Below, one piece after another: positions 26,045 through 38,760 of a DNA stretch of 64,000 nucleotides (its first letter is position 1; each line of letters starts with the position of its first letter). The position numbers were made by a program, and so were the translations under genes. The stretch spans positions 65,224,001 to 65,288,000 of the forward strand of contig NC_043000.1 in NCBI RefSeq assembly GCF_006345805.1. The letters run 5' to 3'. The notes beneath the pieces were generated by a model. That model was not told the DNA's origin. It made no database searches and worked only from the letters and a program-made list of their open reading frames with translations. The DNA comes from Octopus sinensis (Eukaryota).

Positions 26045-26369
26045 CAGGGGTTCTCAACCATTTTTTTTTATCTGTGGATCCCTTTGGTTACTATTTTATC
26101 TTGGCGGACCCCCACAGTCAAACAATGCTTAAAAGCTAGATTTATAGAAACTTCTTTTAAAATTCCTATTTTGTTTTTTCACACACTCCCTTATGTAAAA
26201 TATCAGAAAGAAACCGAGCTGTTTCTTGCAATATATATATAAATACATACATTTAAAGCAAAATTTTTTTCAAGGGCCCTTATAATACTACTGTGGGTCA
26301 CCAATTTTCTAATTTATTGTGTGGACCCCGAAAAATCTCATATGGACCCTGATTGAGTGAGTACCACTG
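26045..26369. mobile_element. hAT-type MITE (CAGGGGTTCTCAACC termini) inserted in a family B SINE tail
   Basis: Left end CAGGGGTTCTCAACC, degenerate right end GATTGAGTGAGTACCACTG, and 8-bp flanks GATTAAAC / GACTAAAC (7/8, putative TSD). The same terminus recurs at 63898. Confidence 0.6.
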
Positions 26370-26732
26370 GACTAAACCCTTCAAGGCGGTGACCTAGCAT
26401 GGCCGCAGTCTAATAACTGAGACAAGTAAAAGATTAAAGATAAAAGATAAAATATAAAAACATAAAAGTTACATTAGCTGATTATTGTTTTAATCATTAA
26501 ATATGCTTGCAACTAATAAAGTTCATGCGTTTCATTTGATTTCTATTGTATCCGTGATGTTAATTGCATTACATTTCTCGCTGCATTATAATTTTTTGTC
26601 TTCAGCGTACAAACACAGTGAACTACTAAATTATCTGAATGTCACTAAACAGCATTTGTTCCTATCCAATTAATTTTTTAGATAACTGCTGGTTTTATGA
26701 AGTAAAACCCAAAGGTTTTATTTTTTCTTTTC

Positions 26733-26798
<66 letters not shown>

Positions 26799-26949
26799 TA
26801 TATATATACATACATATTCTAGGCAAGAATTTTATAACTGAAATTTTTTTTATCTATTGAAACGGTTGGTGTCTCTAGTTCTGTGTGCATGTATAAGTAT
26901 TTATTAATGTGTTGGTACGTATGAATAGAAGCAACTATTGAAACATATC

Positions 26950-27515
26950 ATATCACATAACACGAAATAAAACAAAAAAAAACAAAAGCAAGAAAGAAAA
27001 ATAACTCGTCAATAATAAAATTATTTTATGTTGGAATACCAAAATAATTATTGATAGTAAAACGCAGAGTACATTAAAACAGACACACATACACACACAA
27101 ACACACGCAAACACATACACACGTATACTCACACAAACATATATACGCACCCGCACACAGACACTCACACACATTCAAAGACACAAACACACACACACAC
27201 ACACACGCACATACACGCACACAGACATATACGCCAATGCACACAAACACACACACATGTATATACATACGCGCACGCAGTCACACGCACACACACCTAT
27301 AAACACACAGAAACACACACACACGCCTATAAACACACACATACAAACACTTCCCCCCCCCCACACACACACACACACATGCACACATACATATACACAG
27401 AAAAACACACAGAACCATGCATGCACTTATAGACATGTACATAAAACCAAAAACTCATACACTCTTGCACACACGCAAAACACACACACACACACACACA
27501 CACATACACACACCA
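26950..27515. repeat. Degenerate (CA)-rich microsatellite
   Basis: Directly visible. Confidence 0.85.
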
Positions 27516-28053
27516 GCAGACAATGCACCCCAGTAATAAACTAATACCAGACACTTCGACCAAACCATTTCCGGGTGGTGAAAGAAACATGATACTAACA
27601 GTCAGAAAGTTTTTAATTCCGGTAATAACAAAGAAGAAACGAAAACAACAGCGTTCCCACGATTCTTGCAATAATGAAGAAGGCAATAATAACTGTCATT
27701 AATATAATTCCATCCAGAAAATAAGACCGGGTAGAAGAGCTTTGGAACGCCGATGGAGCTGGTAGATTTATTGTTTTAGATATAATATAATTTTAAATAA
27801 TATAAGAAGGTAAAAAAGAATTGAAGGAAAAATAATTGCTTCGATTAAAAAGTTACTACTGGGACGAAACATAATCGTTATTGAGCGGGAGGTCGATGAA
27901 TTCGGTCTGCATTCATTATCCTATAGCCTTAGTTCGAGCCGATTATAGTTACAAGGGATCTTGACGCGGCTGGCTTCCCGTCTCAACTGGAGCCAGTAAG
28001 TCTCCACCACAGGGACGGTAAGCACCCCGACGGAATAACCCTTTTCCTATTCT

Positions 28054-28344
28054 TATTTCTTTATTGCTCACAAGGGGCTAAACATATGGGGGACAAACAA
28101 GTACAGACAAAGGAATTAAGTCGATTACATCGACCCCAGTGTGTAACTGGTACTTAATTATCGACCCGATAAATTAAGTAGCAGTTACGCACTGATGCAT
28201 AACTGGTACTTAATTTATCGACCCCGAAAGGATGAAAGGCAAAGTCGACCTCGGCGGAATTTGAACTCAGAACGTAACGGCAGACGAAATACCGGTGAGC
28301 ATTTCGTCCGGCGTGCTAACGTTTCTGCCACCTCGCCGCCTTAT
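28054..28344 (-). mobile_element. SINE family A with 14-bp TSD and internal fold-back duplication
   Basis: TSD CCTTTTCCTATTCT at 28040-28053 and 28345-28358. Confidence 0.88.
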
Positions 28345-29435
28345 CCTTTTCCTATTCTAGGGAGGCAGATCCCTAATCTGAGACGCAACCGTACAGTGAC
28401 TCGTTCTTCAGCTTCATCCTTGGTGCATCAGCTGCAAACCCGGGTGTCGCCATCCGTAATGCAGAAGAGAGAAAAATCAATAAATACAGTGGCCTCACCG
28501 GCCGTTATGAGTTAGTGCCGGTCGCTGTCGAGACGTCAGATGTTCTCGAACCCCGTGCTACCGATTTCCTCTGCAGAATCGGGACAACGGCAGCTCGTCT
28601 GAGAAATGAGCCCTACGACGTGGAGAAATGAGACTGGCGATGCTGCAGCAGCGAATGTCGCTGGCTATTCTCCGCAGCTGCCCGTTCTTCGCAGCCATCG
28701 TGGTCACTTCCGTGGGGCGCAGTGGAGCACACCATTTGTTTTGGGGATGTATGGTCATTGTCCCACCCTCTCTACCTTCTGTAGGTATCCCCCCACCTTC
28801 TTTTCGTTTATTTTAACTTTTTCACTTTCTTCTGTTTCTTTCTATTCAAATGTTATCACTTAATAAAGGAAAAAGTAATAAAAATTGTGATCAGTATAAA
28901 AAAAGGGAAAATATCTTCTTCGTACACGTTCACAGTCAAACATACACACAAAAACACACACAACACACACACACAGCGCACGCACACATTCACATATACG
29001 CACACACAGTCACACATATACGCACACACATTCAATGACACATAATCACACGCAAACGCAGAAATGCACGTACATATATGCACACATACACACAAACACA
29101 TACACACACACAATCAGCCAAGATCAGAATAAAATTGAAGATTCAGATGTAACAATTTTTTCAAAAATTATATCATAAATGTATGATGTAATGATATAAA
29201 AATAGTTACTACCGAACCTCAAGTTTTATTCCGATCTTGAATAAACGCTCTGTAAACATTGTAATTTATTGTACTATATATAACACCGAAGAAAAATCAA
29301 AGAACAAACTATTTGATATCTAATTGGAAGTTGGACATATATGGAATTCCATGGGATTGTAAGTAAAGGTCTACGGTAATGCAGTCTCGTTTGAAATAAC
29401 TTTTCAACACACACACATACACACACAAACACACG

Positions 29436-29577
29436 TGTGTGTATGTATGTATGTATGTATGTATGTATGTATGTATGTATGTATGTATGTATGCATGTAT
29501 GTATGTATGTATGCATGTATGTATGTATGTATGTATGTATGTATGCATGCATGCATGTATGTATGTATGTATGTATG

Positions 29578-29608
<31 letters not shown>

Positions 29609-29830
29609 TGTATGTATGTATGTATGTATGTATGCATGTATGTATGTATGTATGTATGTATGTATGTATGAATGCATGTATGTATGTATGCATGTATGTA
29701 TGTATGTATGTATATATGTATGTATGTATGTATGTATGAATGCATGTATGTATGTATGTATGTATGTATGCATGTATGTAATGTATGAATGCATGTATGT
29801 ATGTATGAATGCATGTATGTATGTATGTAT
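29436..29830. repeat. (TATG)n microsatellite
   Basis: Directly visible. Confidence 0.95.
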
Positions 29831-30150
29831 GTCCGAGTGGCTTAATGGTTGGGATATTCGGCTCACGGTCGTAAGGTCGTGAGTTCAATTCCCGGCGACG
29901 CGTTGTGTCCTTGAGCAAGGCACTTTAATTTCACGTTGCTCCAGTCCACTCGGCTGGCAAAAATGAGTTGTACCTGTATTTCAAAGGGTCAGCCTTGTCA
30001 CACCCTGTGTCACGCTGAGTCTCCCTAAGAACTGCGTTAAGAGTACATGAGTCTGTGGAATGCTCAACCACTTCCACGTTATTTTCACGAGAAGGCTGTT
30101 CCGTTGATTGTATCACCTGGGACCCTCGTCGTAATCGACGGAGTGCTTCT
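29831..30150 (+). mobile_element. SINE family C, full length, followed by (TATG)n
   Basis: GAGTGGCTTAATGGTTGG...GTGAGTTCAATTCCCGGCGACGCGTTGTGTCCTTGAGCAAGG. Confidence 0.82.
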
Positions 30151-30206
30151 TTATGTATGTATGTATGTATGTATGTATGTATGTATGTATGTATGTGAAT
30201 CTTTTC

Positions 30207-30621
30207 TTATTTCTTTACTGCCCACAAGGGGATACACACAGAGGGGACAAACAAAGACAGACAAATAGATTAAGTCGATTATATTGACCCCAGTGCGTAA
30301 CTGGTACTTATTTAATCGACCCCGAAAGGATGAAAGGCAATGTCGACCTCAGCGGAATTTGAACTCTGAACGTTACAGCAGACGAAATACCTAATTCTTT
30401 ACTACCCACAAGGCGCTAAACACAGAGGAGACAAACAAGGACATACAAACGGATTAAGTCGATTACATCGCCCTCAGTGCGTAACTAGTACTTATTTAAT
30501 CGACCCCGAAAGGATGAAAGGCAAAGTCGACCTCGACGGAATTTGAACTCAGAACGTAACGGCAGACGAAATACCGCTAGGCATTTCGCCTGGCGTGCTA
30601 ACGTTTCTGCCAGCTCGCCGC
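30207..30621 (-). mobile_element. SINE family A dimer (head + two 184-bp units)
   Basis: Units 30207-30390 and 30391-30574. A 15-bp direct repeat ATGTGAATCTTTTCT lies at 30193-30207 and 30641-30655. Confidence 0.85.
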
Positions 30622-30688
30622 AGAAACGTTGGCATCTTGAATGTGAATCTTTTCTGTTACTGTCACAATTTTTGAAATTTTGAAGGTA

Positions 30689-31946
30689 CGAGGGGCGTTT
30701 AATAAGTAATGCCCCTGACCCACTTCCCATAGCAGTAGCACAACGACACTTGGCACAGTTATTAGTCTTTTCCTACATAGGAACTACCCAGAGTTAAGCA
30801 TTTCTCCCATCGTTTGATACAGCTCTGGAGACCGTTTTTGTAGAAGACCCCAGCTTGGTCCTCCAACCACGACGTGACTTCAGAAATCAAGGCTGCATCA
30901 TCTGGGAAACGCTTTCCTTTCAAAATCAACTTCATGGCTGGGAAGAGGTAAAAATCAGAGGGTGCAAGGAGAGGAGTTCATAGCTGCACGCCTGTGCTTC
31001 TGATCTGGCGACACGCGAGTTGTGGACCGGAGCGTTGTCCTGCAGGAGGAGGATGCCTTTGCTGATCTTGCCCCGCCTCTTGATTTTGATAGCTTCTCTT
31101 AATTTCCTCAAAAGTGAAGCATAATAGGCTCCTGTAATTGTGGTACCCTTTGCCAGGAAATCTGTCATCACTACTCCGTCCTGGTCCCAGAAGACTGTGA
31201 GCATAACCTTGTCAGCGGAGGGCTGCACCCTTGCCTTCTTTGGAGGAGGTGAGTCACGGTGCTTTCACTGCATTGACTGGGCTTTGGTCTATGGATCATA
31301 GTGATGGACCCAGGTTTTATCCTGTGTGATCAGTCTTTTGAAAAATTTTGACTCATCTTCTTGGCACATCTCCAAATTCATCCTCGATCACTCAACGCGT
31401 TCTTGCTTCTGGAAAGGTGTGAGCAACCTGGAAATCCATCTGGCAGACACCTTTTGCATATGCAAATGGTCATGAATGATAGTTTCCACAGACCCGGTAC
31501 TAATCTTGACCTTATGGGCTATTTGGCGAATAGTTATGCGTTGACCTTCCAAAATGGCAGCCTCAACTTGACGGACAGACGTCTCATCAACGGCAGAAGG
31601 GGGCGACCAGATCTGGGAGCTGTTTCCACAGAGTTCCGACTATGTTTGAATTCACAATGCCAGCGTTTTACAAGGTCATATGATGGGGCATCTTCACCAT
31701 AAGTTACTTTCATTTCATCAAAAGTCTCCCGTGGTGTGCGTCCTTTCAAATACAAAACCCGGATCGTTGCTCGACACTCAACAGGCTCCATTTCACACTT
31801 GACTCAGTTCAAACACCTGTAAATCAGAAACCACAATTAGTTCAGAGCTGTAATCTATAGAGGTATAAATAAGTGCACATGCAAAATTTCAGCTAGATCA
31901 AACAACTGCAAGTGGGTCAGGGGCATTACTTATTGAACGCCCCTCG
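30689..31946 (-). mobile_element. Mariner DNA transposon, full length (1258 bp), defective
   Basis: 37-bp TIRs CGAGGGGCGTT(T/C)AATAAGTAATGCCCCTGACCCACTT with 1 mismatch; TA at 30687-88 and 31947-48. Confidence 0.93.
30762..31791 (-). pseudogene. Mariner DD34D transposase pseudogene
   Basis: MEPVECRATIR...RSGRP, frameshift, WISRLL (WVPREL-like), ITQDKTW, VMLTVFWD, QDNAPVH, LAPSDFYLFP with the YSPD segment deleted. At least three in-frame stops. Confidence 0.9.
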
Positions 31947-32299
31947 TAAGTAAAAATTTTCAAATTTGGTATACTGATGTAATTTTTCACGCTGACTCTG
32001 ATTTTGTTATTCACTTGTTCAAGAAAAAAAACTGGTAAAAAATGTTTACAGAGGTTTAAAATTTGATAATTTTTACCCAATCAGGAAATAGGATTTGAAA
32101 GGTGGCATTTCGTGCGTGATAACTGTCTATCACAACAGTATTACGACAAACTTTTAATGAAAGCAAAACATTACGACATCAGAATCCTCAATAACTTTTT
32201 TTTTGTGTGAAAAATTAAAAAAATAAATTGAGATACATTCTCGGAGTTTTTCCTCAAACAAATTACAATTTTTGTACTTTCTGCGCCACATAAACTTGT

Positions 32300-32367
<68 letters not shown>

Positions 32368-33713
32368 AAGACAATACACATGGTTGTGTTTTCAGGGAGA
32401 CTATATCTTGGGTTGTTACCATGGAAACAGGCACCAATATGTCTTTGGCTTTCTATTGGCTAAAATTACCTAAAATTTGCAAACTTTAAAAGCTATTAAC
32501 ATTTTATTTATTTATCTATTGCAAAAATGAATTTCATTTCCATAATTAGCATACAAAACTATATCAGTATACCAAATTTGAAAACAATTGAGACAAAATT
32601 AAAAGAACTAAAACTTGTGACACCAACAGAAAAAGTCTCATAATATGTATATAATGCAAGTGCACTCTGCAGACTGCGAAATAAAGTTTTAAAATTTATT
32701 CTTTCTGTGCGACCCGGCGGTTAGGAATCCCTGCTGTAGCAAATTAGATTCCTTACAGAAAATTTCCAACTTTTTTTCCAGCTGTTCTGCATATGTTCAT
32801 GGCCCCAGGCTCAGTTTCTGATCCATGCGGTGTGAGGTGGGGGACAAGAAAAATGTGTAAGTCTGCAATTTCGATACATGTATGGGAAACTTATTTAGTT
32901 TGTGTTCTGAATATTGTGTTCTGAATATTAGTGCATTTAAGTACGCTCATTAAATGCTTGCGAAAAAGGCACAAAATACCTAAATGGTGTGTCTTCATTG
33001 GCCTTGTATGTTTAGTTCAGAGAATAACTGTATTTCTTTGTCTTGCTTGGACCAGTGTTTCTATATTTATTCATGTTAATCTGTGCTGAAACACTGCACA
33101 AAGTGGGACTGTCTCGTTAAAATATGCAATCACAATTGTGTTTATTTGATCTGGTGGATGTATGTTTTTCCGCGTTGGCAGCTTATGGACGTTGGTTTTG
33201 AAACATAGTGGTTGGATGCTGCTTAGAGATCGGCCAAGACGACTTAGTTCTTGTCCGCTGAAAATAAGTACCAACCAACTTCTGGTGCAGAGCTTTCGCT
33301 ATCCAACCGTCGCATCATATTCCTCTGTGTCAAACAGGAAAGGGCCGAGATGATGTCTATGTCAGTTTTTGATTATATATGCACCTAAAACAACTATCAA
33401 AAGCATGGTACAATATACCAGGTCATACTTGTCTGCGAGTGACGGCTAAGAGTAGTGTCTATCGACTAATCAATGACTAACATCGCTTTTTTTTTTGTCT
33501 TGTTCAGCTCTTTCATTCTAAATTGATTAACATGAACTTAAATATTGTTAAATATTTAAATATTTTAACATCAACTTAACTTTTTTTCCCACATGAATAA
33601 CGTCCCATTCTTTTAATATTTTTCATTGGCACAAATCCAGAAACTCATAAGCAGTGGAGTATAATCGATGAAATCAATTATATTACTGCTATATATTTTT
33701 TATCAGCCCCCTC

Positions 33714-33748
<35 letters not shown>

Positions 33749-34129
33749 GACAAAGACGGAGAGAAATGGCTTTGTTATTTGACTGGTTGTTTATTTATCG
33801 ACTCTGACTGTGAAAAACAAGACAAAATCGGCTTTAGCAGAATTTAAACTTAGAGCGCATGACAGCCAGAACGAATATCGCCAGGCTTCTAATCCAACGC
33901 TTTTACTAACTCCGACTTCCCCAACGGGACGAAAGGCAAAGCTTATCTCAGCGGGGCTTGGAACTTAAAACATTAATAAACGTAACTAAATCTTTTAAAC
34001 CACAACTTTGCTGATGCAGCTGTTCAATAAATATATTACAACACTAAACCCATTTTATTTATTATAGGAGAGACTTAGAAAAAATGCTAGAGTAGGAAAA
34101 TGGCACTGTTAAGATCTTTGATTAAACTG

Positions 34130-34277
34130 ATAAGAAGTTTGCTTCCCAACCGCATGACTCTGGGTTCAGTCCCACTTCGTAGCACCTTGAGTAAGCGTCT
34201 TCTACTATAGCCTCGGGCCGACCAAAGCATTATGAGTGGATTTGGTAGACGGAAACTGATAAGAAGTGTGTGTGTGT

Positions 34278-34330
<53 letters not shown>

Positions 34331-34540
34331 CTGTTTGTGTCTGTGTCCGTCACCCAGTACCGCTTGACAACCGGTATTGGTGTGTTTACGTTCTCATAAC
34401 ACAGAGGTTCAGCAAAAAATGCCTATAGAATAAGTACCAGGCTTAACAAACAATAAGTACTAGGGTCGACTTATTCAACTGAAAATTCTTCCGGACTGTG
34501 CCCCAGCATAGCCACAGTCTAATGACTGAAAATAGTAAAA
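34130..34540 (+). mobile_element. SINE family B with internal (GT)n
   Basis: Family B body and tail. Confidence 0.78.
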
Positions 34541-34988
34541 TATTAAGGATTAAAGATTAAAATAGGAATAAATATATATTTTAGCGTTAAGATTTAAAAC
34601 TTAGTTCAATGCACTGCTCTTTGGCTTAAGAGCTAAATGATCGTAATTTTGCTGTAAAATACTGGCAAGCAAATATCATTCATGAGACATCCCAGCGTCT
34701 GAATGCATTTCACAGCAAATTGGAAAGGTCTAAATTTAATTTACATGAGATGGAAAAAAGGAGATTAACGTAGATCAAATTGTTAGTTTTTATGTTGCTT
34801 CTGGATGTGGTATGTAATTTTATTTCGGAAGAGAGCGCAATGAGATTGCTGCAAATGGAATGTTGCGTATTTGAGAAGGGTTGTTTTTATGAGTATCAAA
34901 TGCCCTTCAAGACTCTGGACCCCTATTATAATCGTTCTAAATTCACAAAGATGAAAAAAGTAAAAGAATAAGCGCAAAAGGTTATATA

Positions 34989-35319
34989 TAACTCGTATAT
35001 TGAGGCATTACTGTATATGTGTGCGCGCGTGCGTACATGTGTGTATATGTGCGTGTGTACGTGTGTGTAATGCACGCGCGTGCATGTGTGCATGTGAGTG
35101 TGTGTGTGTTGTTCCCGTCATTAGACTGAGTCCATACTGGAGTACTGTCTTCAGGGTTTAGACAAACAAATCGACCGAAGAATTAATTTTCCTGAAGTCT
35201 GGTACTTATTGTATCAGCCACTTTTTTTATCGAACTATTGTTTCGGGGGACGTAAACAAACCAACACTTGTTGTCAAGTTGTAGAGGAGGACAGACAGAA
35301 ACATAGACATACGCATACG

Positions 35320-35360
<41 letters not shown>

Positions 35361-35487
35361 GCACTCTCACACACACACTCACATGCACACATGCACGCGC
35401 GTGCATTACACACACGTACACACGCACATATACACACATGTACGCACGCGCGCACACATATACAGTAATGCCTCAATATACGAGTTA
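34989..35487. repeat. Perfect 120-bp inverted duplication (34989-35108 / 35368-35487), 259-bp spacer
   Basis: Checked base by base; no mismatch. Confidence 0.95.
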
Positions 35488-37146
35488 ATTTGTTCCAGAA
35501 GACCGATCGTAAAGTGAAAACTCTTAAAGAAGAGTAATAATTTCCCATAGTAGCAATGTTATAAAACGTAATTCATTCCCAGAAAAATATTTTACCTATA
35601 AAATTTATTATACTCGTAAACAAATGGCAATAAAACAACAGTAGAATGTAAAGAATATTTTATGTAAAGTAAAAAGAATGTCAAGATCATTTATGATTTT
35701 TAAAAAATTATTATTGTAATCGTTTTCTGAATCACTTTTCCTCGCACTAAACTCGCGCACACAATTACTTGTAGACACGATCGCTGATTCACAAGTACTC
35801 GTAGACGGACTTGCAGATTTCTTTTTAAAAAAACAAGTCTGGTGTTGTTTGTTTAGAAAAAGCATTTTATACTTAGTTTCGAAAGTGATGGCTTTTCGTT
35901 TCTTTTTGTTCCCATCGGTATCCGTTGTACGCTTTCGTTTAGACATATTAGATAGGTTTAAAAAATGCCGAAAATAATAGTATACGAGGGGATACCCAAA
36001 AGTAACCGGAAACGTTCTCTGTGGAACAATCTCGTTGAAGTTCGGGCTTCCGCCACTAGAAGTGATTTGATGCAACCCTCAGGCGTCGTCGAGTGAGGTC
36101 GTACTGTCACGTGGTGCGTCTTTGTTTTGCAGAGATTCTCCACTGTTCGTCGATTTTTGCGATGGCTGAAACGAAGGAAGAGCGTGCATCCGTGAAATTC
36201 TGCTTTCTGCTGGGAAAAATGGCGGCTGAAACAGTTGTGATACTTCAAACAGCTTACAAGGACGCTGCCATGAACAAAACACAAGTTTACGAGTAGTGTT
36301 CACACTTTAGGAAAGGTCACTTGTCATTTGAAGACCAACCTCGTTCAGGGCGACCGTCGACCTCCCGAACAAATGGAAACATCATAAAAATTCCTGAAGG
36401 GCCGCCACTGATCAATTAACGAACTTGTTGATATAATTGGTTGGTATGTCCTGGAGCTCCTGCCAACGAATTTTGAGCGAGGAATTGCGAATGAAGATAG
36501 TTGCAGCAAAATTTGTGCTTCGTTTGTTCACGGAAGATCAAAAGCAGTCACGACTGAATGCGTGTCGTGAACTAGAAGAAGAGTTGGAAGTTGATCTGGA
36601 CTTTTTTTCTTGAAGCTCATCACCGGTGATGAAAGCTGGGCATACAGAATTTGCAGATGTGGAAGAGGTGAAGATAATAACGACGGAGGCATTAAAAGGT
36701 ATCACATTGCAAGAATTTCAGCACTGCTTCGAACAGTGGGAAACGCGTCTAGATCGATGCATTGCTTCAAATGGAGAATACTTTGAAGGCGATAAAAGTG
36801 TAAACATGTAAAATTAAGTGAATAAAATAACATTGCAAAATCCCGGTTTCTTTAGAGTACCCCTTCGTAAACACACGTATACAATATAAAATATGTGGCA
36901 CAAAGAACTAGCTTGTAATAATCTCTCTACACAAAAGCGCACGCGCAAACTGAGACATTGAAATTTTATGCCGACATTTTACTCCGTCGTTATATGCAGC
37001 TGAGTAGACGCGTCAGAACCGGTGTTGCCGCGTGTTGCGACGTTACTACACATACAAAATGGCAGTTTAACTTTTTATAGTTATAAAATAAAACTCGTAA
37101 ACCCGGGCTCTCGTAAAGTGGGTCATCGTAAAGTGGGGTATTACTG
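35463..37146 (-). mobile_element. Internally deleted Tigger/pogo-type element with nested mariner
   Basis: Imperfect TIRs CAGTAATGCCTCAATATACGA / CAGTAATACCCCACTTTACGA with TA flanks. Remnant ORF from 35946: MSKRKRTTDTDGNKKKRKAITFETKY (CENP-B-like N-terminus), jumping to C-terminal-like NKQHQTCFFKK. Confidence 0.75.
35985..36867 (+). mobile_element. Mariner, internally deleted, second family
   Basis: Imperfect TIRs CGAGGGGATACCCAAAAGTAACCGG / CGAAGGGGTACTCTAAAGAAACCGG with TA flanks. MAETKEERASVKFCFLLGK...RSGRP, AAKFVLRL, ITGDESW fused directly to C-terminal EQWETRLDRCIASNGEYFEG. Confidence 0.88.
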
Positions 37147-38760
37147 TACATACAACGGGCCTCCACACAATTTTCACTTACCAAATTCACTCAAAAGGCA
37201 TTGGTTTGTTCGGGACTATAGTAGAAAACAAGCATGCTCAAGGTGCTGCGCAGTAGGACTGAACCCGAACCCACGTGGTTGCAAAGCGAGGCATTTATTT
37301 TCATACAGTAGACAATGGCTATCTTGCTTCACAGGAATACACTTCCCGCAGAGAATGGTTTGAGGGAAGCCTAAAGATTGGGAGGACATTACGAGCATAG
37401 ATAGATTAGATAGTTATTATCACCCACGTACGCAATTGGTTCATTCATGAATACAAAAGACAGATGAAGAGCAAGGACACAACCAATACCCCTTTACTAG
37501 TTGCTTTGTTGTGGGCTTAGCCTCAGGTAGGACTTGATCATCCTATTTTAATTTCAGGCTGAGTGTGTTGAAAAACTATACAATACAACGTGTCCTTTCT
37601 AAAATAGAAGAGTGTAATGTGATTTGAGGGAAATTTGGTTGACATTTCGAGCTGGTCGAATGACCATGTACAGACTTCGTTTCGCTAAAATCTTAGTTGA
37701 AACTTGTATAAGGCAGCAGGCTGGGAGAATCGTTGATAGCGAGCCGGGCGAAAAAGATAGCGTCTTTACGTTCTAAATTCAAATGCTGCCAGTATCGACT
37801 TTGCCTTTCATTCTTTCAGGGTCGATAAATAAGTATCAGATGAGCACTGGAGTTGATGTAATTGACTCACCCCTCTCCCGAAATAGTTGGCCATGTACAA
37901 AAATTTGAAACCGACATTTATTACGCTCGGGTTACTCCGATAATTCCTGACATTCCCACCGTCTTAAATGCAGTCAACCAATAATTTTCATGTTGGAAGT
38001 ATGTAACCAATGACTCTATTGTTCACAAAACAGAATGTCAAAATCCTAACAAGTAAAAAAATCTATCCTGCTGAGCTCGTTTTGCTTTTCATCTCTCCAG
38101 CGTTGATAAACTAAGTACCATTGTTACACAATGAGTTAACTCAAATAATTGTACCCTTACCCTTGCACATTTTTCCGCCTTGTTCTAAATCATTAAACTG
38201 TAACTGTAAGAAATATATCCGATCTACAGCTTTTAGCACCCTAGGCAAGATTAACTTTTGGCACTCCTATAACAGGAAACGGGTGTGATGTCTGTCAGCC
38301 AGATGTGACATTATATACTGGAAGTGAGACTTGTACTTGGGAATGGTTTTTCTTTCTCTACTTTTGTATATTGCATTTTCCTATTTTTGTCTGCATATCT
38401 TTTTTAAATTCCAGACATATGACGATTTTTCCTCTAGCACTTGAAAACTCTGAGTAATTACACACTGGCTGGTTACTTGAGATGATCTTAGTCCTAATGG
38501 AAATGTTCTATGATCAAATTATAATGTTTTTACATTTATAAATCTGACAGCCCTTAACTTTTCAATCAACCAAACCATATCAGTTTGTTTCCAGGCATTG
38601 TGGGTGATCCCATTTTTATTTCTATTTTCTTTTCTTCTATCCATTCCTCTGCAACATTATTACAATGACTTCATACGCTTATTGATCATTTTTATTCTTT
38701 TTGTATAGTTTTTGTGATTTTTATTCCGGTTTTGATCGTCTGTTCAATATTACTTATTTT

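Larger units (their letters stand above)
30641..32640. mobile_element. Older inverted-repeat (MITE-like) element interrupted by the mariner
   Basis: With the mariner removed, the left arm TTTTCTGTTACTGTCACAATTTT...TTTCAAATTTGGTATACTGAT matches the reverse complement of about 32555-32640 (ATCAGTATACCAAATTTGAAA...AAAACTTGTGACACCAACAGAAAAA). Confidence 0.5.

Noticed and set aside
33210-33330. Minus-strand acceptor-like site with RNMMRRLDSESSAPEVG reading
   Set aside because: Weak donor, no homology recognised and no supporting neighbouring exons.
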